From: Epiperipatus broadwayi
Lineage: Eukaryota > Animalia > Onychophora
Length of the DNA: 64,000 nt
Assembly (NCBI GenBank): GCA_028023455.1
Contig: JAQFVV010000011.1
Span: 1,488,001-1,552,000 of the forward strand
Direction: 5' to 3'
Each line of letters begins with the position of its first letter. Position 1 is the first letter of the stretch. A program made the translations under genes and the position numbers. The notes under the pieces are model-generated. The model saw only the letters and a program-made list of their open reading frames with translations. It was not told the origin of the DNA and did not search any database. Positions 37,853 through 50,897 of the stretch are shown piece after piece.

Positions 37853-38212
37853 GTCATTCATTAGACCAGAGATTATCCAATAATGAATAATATTTCTGTA
37901 GTGTAATTTTCACTACACCACTCTCCTGCAAGATAGAGACTGGTTTCTATCCACTTTTAACATCTTGTGAAGAGATAAACAAAAAGATATGTGTAAGAGA
38001 TCGTGGTCTGGACCAACTGATGAATGCTGGTTCAGCATGAAATGTACATCTTGAGATCATACATCTTTTTCACATGTCTTAAATCATATGTTTAGTGCAT
38101 CCCTCCACAAGATGACAAAAGAGGATAGAAACTAGTCCTTACGTTGAATGAGAGTGGCAAAGTGAAAATTACACTACAGAAATATTAATCATGTAAATGT
38201 AATTCATTGGGA
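37853..38212 (+). mobile_element. Family H1 element: hammerhead flanked by inverted copies of the unit's 3' part
   Basis: 37889-37975 is the reverse complement of 38105-38186 (AATATTTCTGTAGTGTAATTTTCACT...GACTGGTTTCTATCC); homologous to the 45845-46982 array. Confidence 0.85.
38004..38059 (+). ncRNA. Type I hammerhead ribozyme, family H1, all core nucleotides present
   Basis: TGGTCT-GGA-CCAA-CTGATGA(38017-38023)-ATGCTG/GTT/CAGCAT-GAAA(38039-38042)-TGTACA-TC-TTG-AGATCA; palindrome ATGTACAT, AUC triplet, predicted cut after 38050. Confidence 0.9.
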
Positions 38213-39411
38213 TGGCACAAAATTTTTTTCTAACAACATTTAAAACTTTTATAACATTTATATTTTTTAATATTTTGTATGAGATGAAAAACATTATGAG
38301 GTTTTGATCAGATGATACAACTGTCCAAAATTTTAAGAAATCATTGACTGTTTTGTGCAACATTTTCTAAACTAGAGTGAATACATTGCCGAAGGTGCAG
38401 TATAAAAAATGAAAACAAAAAATATATATACATTTTAAGTTTTATTCATGGGGTTTTATTTCATTGAGTATAAAACATGATCTCAGTTAAATGACTACCT
38501 TTTTTTTAATGGCACAAGCATGCTCTTTTACACCATTCTAATTTTGATGAAAAAAATATAGAATTGCTATTTCACAAAGCCGTATTTAAATAGTAGACCA
38601 TTCTTCCAAATTTAATCTTGATTTATGAAATAATTTCTCTTGAAAAAATACAGAAAAGACCCTGTACATTCTATAAAAAATATTATTGTAAAAAATATGT
38701 AGATATTTACAATGTCATCTAGGGTCCACGAAAGAAGAATTCAAAGTGATTATGAATGTATATAATTAATATCAATGAACTTTGCTATGTCATGTCTGGA
38801 GCTGAGTAGTGATACGGCTGAAAAATAACTATTGGAAATGATCAGCTACAATCATGAGGGCTGCTAATAATAATGCATATTTTTGCACCCCAATGAACAT
38901 TAATAGCTTTATGGTATCTACATGCTCAAATGTCATGTAATACAGGCTGAGCATAAAAATTCTATTCAACTGAAAATCAATCAAAAAATTTTTTTTATTT
39001 GGCTCCAAGAGTACAATGCTTTATTACAACACTAGATACATATGACATAAATAAGAAAAAAACATTCCCATCTCTCTTACAAGCAGAATTATATCCCTCA
39101 ATACATTTTTTTTTAAAATAAAAAACTAAAACATTATTCAAAAATTTTACACTTAAAATAAAATAATTTCCATGCATAATACTTTTTGAAATGAATTGAT
39201 GTTTCAGGTTTTTTAAAAAAAAAAAGAGAAATGAGAGAGAATTTAGCTAATTTCCATTTTTGATACTAAACTATCTATGCTTGTATAATATATATGAATG
39301 TAAATAAAGATTATTCTCCCTATGTAATTATATGCAAACAGTACAGAATAAATTATCTATTTATTGTATTAAAGTACTCTAGAAAATCTGCATATATCAG
39401 TCATAAATTAA

Positions 39412-39735
39412 AACAGAGGCAAAAAATTATATGATAGTGCCACTCAGTATAAGCCATAGTAATAATGGATGCAAGAAAACTTGTGCATAAAATCCCTATC
39501 TAGTATCTATTCATCCAATATCCCTAAACTAGTTTCTAGCTAGTGGCTTTCATCAAGAAGGAGCTTTGGATCAGAGACTAATCTGGGAATATTAGATGAG
39601 TAGGCATTAGATAGAGATTTTAGGCATGGCCCTTCGATCTATTGATTAGTCTAGCTTTGCACTGAGTGGCACTACTATGTGGAGTTTTGCCTCTGTTTTA
39701 ACAGCTTGTGTAAGCATAGAAAATGGTAATCATGT
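39412..39735. repeat. Fold-back family B copy
   Basis: Arms 39412-39540 and 39576-39695 (TAGTGCCACTCAGT / ACTGAGTGGCACTA) plus asymmetric right tail ACAGCTTGTGTAAGCATAGAAAATGGTAATCATGTG. Confidence 0.85.
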
Positions 39736-42700
39736 GAATCATAAATTAAATGTAAATTATGCAAATGAGGAACAACAAAAAATCCTGCTAGGATTTAAAA
39801 ATAGGCAATGTATTATAAAGGGAGTAATATGTGTGGTATGAAGCTAATGTGCTCAATGATGGTGTAAACATGTATAATGAACTGTGAAGAAACTTAAAAA
39901 ATGTATGATTCACATAATGGCCATAAATTAATATCTAAAATCCAGTGGTTAATCAATCTTACAATAGATGGCTCTGGAGTAAATGGAAATAATTATTATT
40001 ATAATGCTGATGTTGTTTTGCATGCTTGGTTGCAGTTAGAGAGTGACAGACACCGGATCTTCAGACCCATGGATTACAGACCAACTCTAACACTTCCTGT
40101 AGTCAAACTTCTTATGAATTCCCTAGCAATAAACCATCTGATTATGATAAGAGTTGCAGATTCTATAGTTCAAGGTCCATGGACTGTACCTAATTCTGAC
40201 ACTTATGGTGCTCAAAATTCTTAGAAACTCCAAGTAATAAAATATTAGATTAAAAAAAAACAACTAATGTAGATGCTGCAAGGAAACAGAGAAAGTCACG
40301 TGATATTTTATTTCATTAATTTTGACATTTTTTAAAATGGTATATTGTTTTAATAATTTAATTTTATTAGTTTTTTTAGACAATAATATTTTTAAAGCCA
40401 GAAGACACAATTCATATTTCTAAAAACTGAAAATCAATATCAAATACGAAGCTTTGTAATAAAACAAACAATGGCAGCCTAAAACAAACACATAAAATTA
40501 ATAAACAGTGAGGATTGCCAATTCCTCTACAAGCTTTATGATAAATGCTTAGCCAGAGCCAGCACTTAAAATATCTCTGTCAGGAACCCCTCCCCAAACC
40601 CCTGACCATGGTTTTGTGCTTTGGCACTCCTCAGAGAGGTGTCAGGGTAAGCTTAAGAGATAGGGTCATGTGATCTATGAATTGATCTATGACTTTTATT
40701 TTGACATAAAATTAATATTTTATCATTTTAACACAAATGGGAGTGATGTTATCTATCTATCTTTTTGAATTTTAGCTGTTTATTACTTTTATGACTATCC
40801 AACAATCAATCTATTATTAACTGTCACAAATTTTTAGAAGCATTTTAAATGACATGTATTTTTAAACCTAGTGTGTTCTTTAATAATACGTTAAAAACAA
40901 AATTCATCATTTCAAACATAGGCCAAGAAAGACTGACAAAATATGCTTGAAGACATAAAACTGCTGTATAAAAACATTAGTTAACTTGATTATTAATACT
41001 GTTTTGCTTTCAAAGCAAAATAATTTAATTTAAAAAACTCACTGCAGGTCAAATATCTCTTTCAACAAGCCCTCAATAAAGAAAACAGGGAAGAAGGCTT
41101 TATTCACCAGGCTTGTCATTTAAGAGGCTGGTGAATGAATAAATACATATCATTTATTGACCAATATTGAATGATATTTTAAATTATTTGCATAAAAAAT
41201 AATCCCAAGTTTAATTAGAGCTTGAAAAAAATTCCATCCTACATCTAACCCAAATTTAAACTTTGATCATGGAAATGAAGATATCATGTAATTATTGCAA
41301 CACAAGAACTTTATTTATATTATAACTATTTAGACTTTAATAACAATAATATATATAAAAACAATCAAATGATTTATTGCTTGGGTATTCATAAGAACTT
41401 TGAGCTCTAGAAATCACAAAAGAATTATAATCCATAGACTTTGGGTCCCAGATTCTAAATTCTATCCTTGTACTAAATCATACAGGACAATAAGAATAAT
41501 CAAGAACAATGTATATAAATGATTAGTACTTCTAACATATACAGTCATAACTAAAGATATAAAAAAAATAGTAAGTCACACACCTAAGTTACCACAAATG
41601 TTGGGATTTCATTGTTCTTTTGCCTCCAAATTTGATCAAACATTGAAAGACAATGACTAATGAATATGAAATCTCTTGATAATACAATGGAGCCCCAAAA
41701 CTACATATTTTGTTCCAAGCTGTTGCCTTGACAACAGTTTGAGATTGTTGATTGTTATTGATATTGGGATTATGTAAGTGATGACTGATTTTAATGATAT
41801 GTATATGTAATAGCTCACATTTTGTTGATAAACATTGATTAGAAAAAAGTACCTATTGTTTATTGAAGAGCAAATGTACAGTATTTTTCAACAAGAACTC
41901 ATAGATGCATGTAAAACAAAATTATAGTATAATCAAAATTTTAATAATAATAATATACTTAATAATAATAAATTTAAGGGACACATATACATATATTATT
42001 TCACTTTATAATTTTTGTTCTATATAATTGCAAAAAAAAAGATTTTTAAAAATGTTTTTATTTGTAAATTTATATTCCTAACAAATCAAATTCAATTTAA
42101 CAAATTCTAATAAAGAATAAAAATTTAAATATTAAATCAAATGTTGAATGTTTACAAAAATCACACCAGGGAGAACAAAATGAAACAACTACCTGTTTGA
42201 ATGGTTAACTGTTATTGAAAATAAGGCAGCATTTAAATAATATTTCTAAAAATTTGCCTTGCATATGGGATCTGGTGCTCAAATTTTTTATGAACTCCCA
42301 AGCAATAAAGCTGTAAGACTTTTTTTCCTAAAAATTTTATGCCGTTACATTTAATGCTTCCAAAAATTTAAAATATTTACATAACAGGTTGATTGTTGGA
42401 TTAAAAGAAATAAATGGGTTTTTTTTCTCAAATATAACTCATTATAAATTAATTGACTTTCTTTTGTTTTTCTTTATTAAATGGATATTTCACCCAGTTT
42501 CCAGCAATACAAATAATTCCCTTCCCTTACAATTAACACATACACACATATATATATTGTTCCTAATTATGATTTTGTAAATTGTTACAATTCAATTTTA
42601 ACATTAATTAATTAGTAATATCAATATTTCTGATTCTATTATTTTCGAAATCACTTCTAAAAACTGAAATTGTTTTAGCAATCAATCTTATAGAGTTAAT

Positions 42701-42980
42701 GTAAATCTATAGCATATCACTATACATGATTTCTGCTAATCAATGTGGCATAGAGTTCCATATATGAACAGATTCTGGATAGCTGATTGCAGGTGATATG
42801 CTACTAAGCAACACTTTTAAACATTGGCATCCATTGCAAACCATAATGTAGCATATGCGAATGATGTATATAAAAGAGGAAGATAAAATAAAAAAAATAA
42901 AATAAAAGGATCAGATAAAATTAATTTCAAAATGATAGTAGTTAAATAGTTCAAAATGATAAATATTTTTTGATAAAATA

Positions 42981-45778
42981 CACCGGGTCTCATTTTATGA
43001 GGATTTTTAAAATATGATTTTGAAGTTATGCGATTCATGTTTCTTCTTAATATTTTTGTATGCGGTTTTCTTTTATGCAATAAAAATCATTAGATCAGAA
43101 GTCGAGCTCCGATGCGCTATTACTTTAAATATTATAAATTTCGGTATTTGTTAAGTATTTACTGTACAGCCTGTGGTGGCACTGTTTCTGTGTAAAAACA
43201 CAGAATACTGCTTTCACAGCCAAATCTTATGGCTAACACACGACTAGCAATCATATTAGCCGCTTAAACAAGAGACAATAGATGTAGTGGTTAGAATCCG
43301 TGGCCAATTACTTCCGCGGTCCTAACCCTACATCTAAAGTAACAACACTAGATGATCATCTAGTTTGCCTCTAAAGAATTTGTATTCTGGCTCAAATTTA
43401 ATCTGAGAGTGTGTGCACTGGAATGGTTTGCAACTGTTTGTTTGTTGATGTTTATGATTTTCTGTATTTCCCAACTGAGATCTTTTGGCCTATTAGTAAT
43501 TATCAGCATATTCTTGAGATTTGTCTGAGATTGTTTTTTTGTGGTTGGTTGTTATTTGGAACCCCCAAAAAGTATGTCAACGTCTGTCAGATGATTGTAG
43601 TTGTTGGCGAAAAAGTACCATTTCTGTCGCAACTCAGATGAGAGTAACAAAAGAAGAAAAAAATGGCTACCACGTTCTTGCAATTGGGGGATGTCCAAAA
43701 AAAGCGAGAAAAAGATGACGCAGTTGATTTGGTTTAGTCATACATAGTGAATAAAATTTATTTGATTTAAAAGAATCTGTGTTTTGTTTGTAATTCTTTT
43801 GATCTGTAAGTCAATTAATTAACACCCAGAATGTCAGTGTTCAAAGGGTAGGGTTTTACAGCCGAGTGTGGCAGAGTTGGTCAGACAGCTTCGTATTCTT
43901 CTCAAATCAATCAACAACTTTACGCTTCTTTTGGTCGGAAGAGAATCAACTCTCTTGATCGATATATTAGTCAAAATACTAAACAATTCTTTTCATTTAT
44001 AAGCAAATATGGACATCTGAGGCAGAGTTTGTTGGACAGCTTTGCCTTTTTTTTTTTTGCTAAATCAATAAACAGCAACCTGCATTTTTAACAAATTCAA
44101 AAAGAAAGCGTCGATTCTAATTTTAAATAAAAAAAAAAAAGACGTCTGTTTAAAAAAAAAACAGTATATTAAAAGGCAAAAAAAAAAGAAAGTCGAATGT
44201 AAAGCAAATTGTGTATATTTGAGATATTAAAAAAAAAGTTAAAACTGTCCCTTATACTTGTAATGTATCGAATCCAAAAAAAAGACATCTGTCAAAAAAC
44301 AGTAGATCTAGAATGGAAATACCAAAAAAAAAGGCATATGTCAAAAATTATGTACTTTTGAGATCCAAAAAAAAGGTAAAAGTGTCCATTATAGTTTTAA
44401 ATTTATCAAATGAAAACAAAAAAAAATTATGTCCAAAAAAAAAACAAAACAATATATTAATAAGAAAAAAAATACAGCCGTATGTCAATATACGATATAT
44501 TAGAGAAAAAAAAATCTAGCGGCCTGGTAATGTTATATCGCTCTGTTTTTAACTAAAAACAGCACCACCAAAGGCTGCACAGTGAATACTTTACAAATGC
44601 CTAAATTTCACACACTCACATGTCATATTTAAAGTAATAGCGCTTTATCGGAGTTCGACTTCCATGTAATATTTTCAGCACTTTATAATAGTACTGTAAT
44701 AGATTTTATGCAATAAAGAAATTCATAATTCACTTAAAATCAGGATTTCCCCATTTTATATACACACATTACATTTTACAAGATTATAATGTAAATCTGT
44801 TCAAATGTTATAGATGCCTATATTAAGCATGTTGTTGTTTTTGCATTTTAAATCACATTCTATTTTTGCTTTTTTAAAAAAGAGTACGTAATCAATTAAG
44901 TTTATTTTTAAAAGGTGAGTAACAGCGGTGGGCACAATTAAATTTGACAATCAAAAATTAAAATCTGATTTTTAATTGTAATTAACAATTTAAAAATTAG
45001 GTAATGTGATCTGAAATTAATGTGATGTAAAACAATGAAATTTGATTTTTAAACGGAATTGAAAATTAAAAAAATTAAAAACAAAAATAAGAATTTAATT
45101 TTTAATTGTTAGTTTTAATTAAATTTTGCCCAATAGTGGTGAGTAGGTGTCTTTTTATTATCATAAGACTAAGTTCTTATTTTTATTTTAAACTTTTAGT
45201 TTACCCTAATGGAGAGGGGAAAACACCCAAGAAAATGAATTTCTTTGGAAACAAAAATTTCAATTTTAGATTGCTTAGCGAAATGGAAAGGATCAACAGC
45301 GATTAGAAAACATTTTAGTTTGAGTGAGTCCACTATAAGAGCAATTTAAAAAATGAAGTTGGCACTAGTTGTATTTCCTCTTGTGATGAATCTGATGTCT
45401 TACGAGTTCACAAACAAACCTGCGTATTGTCAAATAGCGATAATGATTAAAATACTGTACATGTATGAAAAAATGTAAAATACTGTAAATTATGCATAAA
45501 AATATAGTTTTGAATAAAATTAAATACTGTAGTTAATAAAAAAAGTTTGTCTTGTATCAATTTTTTTCAAATTTGAAATTTTTTATTAGTCTTACTTTAT
45601 TTTCTTATTTTTTTATGCGAATTTTAAAATAATTTTAGGTTATTGCTTTGCTTTTATGCGATTTTTGAAAATTACAGTAACCTATCCCCCATTTTTCAAG
45701 ATAAGTCTATTTGTGTGCAATTTCTTTTGTGTACATTTTCTGAGGAACCTATCCACTGCATAAAATGAGAACCAGGTG
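42981..45778 (+). mobile_element. Tigger/pogo-derived non-autonomous transposon (interrupted by a nested element)
   Basis: TA-CACCGGGTCTCATTTTATG...CATAAAATGAGAACCAGGTG-TA; 45210-45357 encodes a decayed CENP-B/psq-type HTH (RK*ISLETKISILDCL...TAIRKHFSLSESTIRAI); homologous to 56331-57642. Confidence 0.9.
43143..44601. mobile_element. Nested non-autonomous DNA transposon, GG ends, ~80-bp TIRs, 8-bp TSD
   Basis: GGTATTTGTTAAGTATTTACTGTACAGCC vs reverse complement GGCATTTGTAAAGTATTCACTGTGCAGCC; TSD TAAATTTC at 43135-43142 and 44602-44609; the empty site is visible in the paralogous element near 56490. Confidence 0.9.
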
Positions 45779-45844
45779 TATTTGTCTGAAATTATTCATG
45801 AAGATCAATTAAAATGTTTAATCATAAATTTAGTTTTCACACAT

Positions 45845-46982
45845 ATGAATAATGAAATATATATTTCTGTAGTGTAATTTTTACTACACCATTCTCGCAC
45901 AAACTAGGGACTTTTTTTCCCACTTTTAAATATGTTGCAGAGGAGTGTAATCATAAATATATGACCAGACATGTGAAAAATTGTGTATGATCTCCAAGAT
46001 GCACGATGAACTAGCACTCATCAGTTGGCGCCTCTTGCACATATCTTTATCATTGTTCAGTATACTTATAGATAGCAAATAACTATGATTTAATTGCTGT
46101 GTCAGACTTACTACCCTGACATCTTTGACCAAAACTTCTTGTTGGTATTATAATAACAATTTTTGCTAGTCATTCAATACACTAGAGATTATCCACTTAA
46201 TGAACAATATTTTTGTAATGTGATCTTTACTATACCATTCTCACGCAAGATAGGGACTGGTTTCAACTCACTTTTAATACCTTATGGAGGAGTGCAATCA
46301 TAAACATATGACCCAAGATATGCGAATATGTATTATTCCCAAGATGCACATTTCATGATGAACTAGTACTCACCAGTTAGCCCAGATCACAATCTCTTAC
46401 ACATATCTTTATCACTGTTCAATATATATATATATATAGCCAATTACTACAGTTTAATTGATAAATGTTAAAATTACTGCTCTCTAATCATTGACACAAA
46501 TCATTTGATGAAAGTATATTAATACTTTTTATTGGTCATTCATTAGACTAGAGATTATTCATTTAATAATATTTGTGTAGTGTAATTTTCACTACATTCT
46601 CTCACACAAGCAGAACTGATTTCTTTCCACCTTTAACACTTTGTTGAGGGGTGTAATCATAAACATATGACCAAAAACTTGTGAAAATATATGAAGCCCA
46701 AGATGCACATTTTGTGATGAATTAGCACTCATCAGTTGGCCCAGATCATAATCTCTTATACATGTTTACCACTGTTCGGTATATATAGATAACCAATTGC
46801 TACAGTTTAAATGACGTGTCAAACTTACTATACTCACAAGTCTTTGAGTATATGCTTATAATTGCATCATTTTGTGAAAAGCAGATAGAAACCAGTCCCT
46901 ACTTTGAATGAGAGTTGTGTAGTGAAAATTACACCACAAAAATATCATTCATTAAGTGGATAATCTCTAGCCCAATGAATAA
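45845..46982 (-). mobile_element. Tandem array of three ~350-bp hammerhead monomers (family H1) plus an inverted partial unit; retrozyme / Penelope pLTR-like
   Basis: Stem I' anchors at 45994, 46339 and 46698 (periods 345 and 359); each unit has CCAA-CTG(A/G)TGA-stem II-(G/A)AAA-TGTGCA-TC-TTGG remnants; 46880-46982 is an inverted copy of the unit end. Confidence 0.85.
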
Positions 46983-47249
46983 AAATTATTGATATATTAA
47001 TCGTAGACTAAAGTTTACACCTGGGCTAAAAATAAAATGATAATCTAAGTCCATTAAATAATTTGTGATAATCATTAATGTATTTATCTAATGAGGATGT
47101 TGAGGTAAAAAAAATTGGCATATATTGTAATAATATTAAATTAAATATTTTATAATTTTTAAATGCTAGTTAAAATTAATTGTTAATTATGTATATATTT
47201 TTTTAAAAAATTACATATTTTACTCTTTTTTATTATTATTTGATGTTAC

Positions 47250-48350
47250 AAATCAATCGTGTTAGACGAAGTGAACACGTGACTGAAGATGGCGCAACAA
47301 ATAAGTAAACAGAAATACAAACTAAAAATTTATATTGAACTAGTTCAGCATTAGCTTTTATCTTCATCACTTAAACATGAAAAATAAACAAAAAGTAGAA
47401 TTGCCGTTAATAGTAACGCGACTTCAATTTCACAATTCAAACAAAACTTGCGATAGCAAACTAGTGTATAAAAAAAAGGAGGGGAATCATTTCTAACTTA
47501 AACTAGTTTCGTAAAATAATGTGTTTTGAAAATAAATAATTAAAAGTTAAAAATAAAGACTATCTTTGACATTTATAAATTCAATTGTTCTTGAAACTGA
47601 TGTAAGGTTTCCACGAGTGTTTTTAATTTTTATGTAGTCCGTAATATCAAAGTTCATTTTCATTTAAAACAATAATAAATAATGTTAATAATAAATCTGA
47701 GAAAAAAAAATGAGCTTAAGGATATTTAGTAAAATAAGAAGAAACACGTTTAGTATTAGAATTCTCAAAAATTATATGATATAGTCTGAGCATTTTAGGA
47801 ATTCACAACAAACACACAAGCTAAAATAATAAAATAGTATGTAAAAATGAAATTGACTCTCCCCATTAAAAAATCAGATTCAAGATGCCGTGAATTAAGG
47901 CTTCGCTCCCCAATAAGATGACAGTTATTTCTTTATTGGCCTCAGATAAAATGTTTTAAAATACAAAAGATAATTTAGAAGAAAACATTTGCAAGATTGA
48001 AAGCTGTACATTTTGAAAGAACGTTAATAGAGGAGGAATTTATGCAGTCAATCGAGACTTTAAAAGCAAACTGGTAAAATTATGGAATGTTTTATTTTCC
48101 TGTAAATTAAACATAAGATAAAAAACATAAAACACATGTGGCTTTATTGCTCGGGAGGTTCGACCGCCAGAATGGCGGATGCCGGGATCAATCCTGGGAT
48201 TTTCCGATTCCAAGTCGGATGCTCTAAACTCGCTCAACGAAGACATACATCTCGGACTTGCAACCAAAAACTTTTCTTGGTCTGGACTACACACCCTTTC
48301 CACTTCCCATTCCCTTTTCATATGTATACTTCCCCTCTCACTATGTTGCT
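47250..48350. promoter_or_regulatory. CpG-richer promoter-like region
   Basis: Local CpG retention in CpG-poor DNA; CACGTGAC E-box and AAGATGGCG YY1-like motif near 47275-47295; GC-rich 48140-48260 with AGAATGGCGG. Gene not identified. Confidence 0.4.
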
Positions 48351-48798
48351 CCTGAATTTTCATTTTACCATGTAATCACTCCCTTGTAAACTTTTGTCTA
48401 ACTATATTTGTATCTGTTTTTTTGATGGATAACTTTCATCACTGAAAAAAAAAAGAATTTAAAGAGATAACCAAAAATGCAAATGAATTTTATTATTTAT
48501 ATAGCATCAAGTGTTTAGATAGATATTTACCTATAATTCATAAAATTTTCAATATAATATCAAGAACAGTTTATGATTGCTTTCTTATAATATTTTGCTG
48601 CTGGCTATCAATTATTATCCACTTATTCTATAGGCTGATTTTAATAATCTTTACAGCCTCTCACTTTTTACACAATACGATAGATATAAATAATATATCC
48701 AAAAACATAAAACTTATTTAACATACTATAATATAAACATTACTGAATAAAATATCCTTGACATTTCAGCTATATTCTATCATAAATACAATTAAACA

Positions 48799-48889
48799 GT
48801 CAAGCGTTGGTGGTCGAGTGGTCAGCACAGCTGCCTTACAAGCAGTTGTTCCGGGTTAGCGGGTTCGCCGATGCTATGACACGTGAAAA
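48799..48889 (+). mobile_element. tRNA-Gly-derived SINE, copy 4
   Basis: Same head and TGACAC(G/A)TG(A)n end; 15-bp TSD AAATACAATTAAACA on both sides. Confidence 0.9.
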
Positions 48890-49508
48890 AAATACAATTA
48901 AACACGAGTGCTTGCTAGTTTTACATTTAGTACAGATATTTTAATGTCAATGTTTTTCTTGATGAATGCATATAATTGTGTGAGAATGATATTTGTTTAA
49001 TTATATTTTTATCTTTTTTAACCTTGAAAATCATTATGAAATATAACTGAAACCCTGGGAGGCAATGTTTATGTAAACCTTAAACAAGTTTTTTTAGGAT
49101 GGTGATAATATGGTTTTGATATATTATTCTATTGACTGTAGTCCAGTGCAATATAGGTATCTGTAATAAGACATTAAAAAATAAACAAATAAAAGAAAAA
49201 TGATGAAAAAAAAAAAGAAACAATTTTAATATTTAAATGCAAGTATATTGTCTAACTGAATGTAATGTAATTTGAAGGAATTTGAACTCAGATTTTCCAG
49301 CTCCCTACAGGATTTTCTTTAAGAAAGATTGCCAGAAGGGGTATTAGAAAACACCAAAAGATGCAAAATTTACACCTAATTATATTACCTTGGATATCAG
49401 TAAGCCAATAAGGCAAAATATTTATTACTAGTAATAATAATATTTTTATTTATTAATTTTATAAATCAAAAATTAATGTTTGGAAACTATTCTGCTGAGA
49501 TATATGTA

Positions 49509-49860
49509 CAGTGTGTTTCAGTAAAAAGACGACTAATAATTGATTCTCTTTTCAAATTGCCCTCAACACCATCTCTGAATTAATACAGGCATTATGTAGG
49601 GACATAGTTTAGATATTCACCATAAAATTTGTTCAAAGTGTTAGAGTGTTATGACACGAAATATGAAGAGTATTATGAATCTTTACCCCACAATGAAATA
49701 CCATGCTAACATTAAATTTTGTTACAAATTGGACAAAACTGCCATTTAAGTTTGAAATGGTTCAAACTAAGTATGGTAATGAAGCAATGAGACATAAGAA
49801 TATTTTCAAGTGGTTGCAAGATTTTCTGATAGCAGGGAGAACACTGAAGATGATCTATAA
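49509..49860 (+). pseudogene. Mariner-like transposon 5' remnant (TIR-like start and N-terminal HTH)
   Basis: TA-CAGTGTGTTTCA start; fragments ANIKFCYKLDKTA, EMVQTKYGNEAMRHKNIFKW and SRENTEDD follow the mariner IKFCxKLGK...YGxEA...W...GRExxED pattern. Confidence 0.7.
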
Positions 49861-50690
49861 AGGTTTAATAATGTAACTCATAGTCCAAACATACTAGAAA
49901 CGTAACATTTTTGTAACTAACCTTACAAATAACAAAAAAATCTAATAAAGTTATCAATATAAAGGATTTCATGTCTGTCTTCTGTTTAAAATACTGCATT
50001 TAATGAGGGGTTGTGTCAAACATAATATAATAGTTTATGTCATGTGAGAAAATGGGACCATCAGTGTTCTAAAGCAGAATTAATTCTTCCATCTGATGTC
50101 TGATCTTTAAGAGTTATTTTTACAGGTATGAAACCCCTTCACCCAATTCAAATATATATCCTAAGCAATAAACTTTTACCAATTCATTTCAGAACTGAGT
50201 AAAATTTTCCATTTACATCAAGACATTTCTGAGACTTGTATTACCTATCTTTCTTAACATTTTTATTAACATTTAAAAAGGAGATGGCAAACAGAAATGA
50301 AACTATATTGAAAACTGAAAGAACATACTTAAAATATGCTGCAAAAAAATTATGCGCATTGAATTCTCACAATGGACAGCTTTGGGATAAAGCAATAGTG
50401 TATAACATACCAAACGATTGCTTTATCCCAGAACTGTTCCTATAATTTAAAAAGTAGAAAATCTTTTGATAAATTGTTCTTAACTTCTTACTTACTTTTA
50501 TGTAGATGTGCCAATAATGCTACATACAGTCTATATGATTCCCATGAATGCTATATAAAAAGTACTTAAATCTTGTAAAATTAATTTGATTTTCACTGCT
50601 TCATTATTTATATACATATTTTAAACAAAATGTTGCCAAAAAATAGATTCATTTTTTCTTCTGTTAAATATGTTGTTTTAAACTGAAAAT

Positions 50691-50897
50691 CTCTTGGAAT
50701 CTCTTGGAATCCAGTTTAAAATTTCAATTGTCCATCTATTATCATCTCAGAAAGAGACCACCTGTGAGATGGATGGATGAAATAAGAAAGAGTGAAGGGG
50801 TGATGTGGAGAAAAGAAGCTAAAGATCGGAGAAGATGGATTAAACTTGGAGAGACCTTCATCCTGCAGTGGATTAATAATGGTTGATGATGATGATG
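50691..50897 (+). mobile_element. Short RTE LINE copy 2 with 5' inversion
   Basis: TSD AAACTGAAAAT at 50680-50690 and 50898-50908; ~50700-50748 is the reverse complement of copy-1 sequence (~13765-13815); 50749-50897 is the forward 3' end with (GAT)n tail. Confidence 0.9.
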
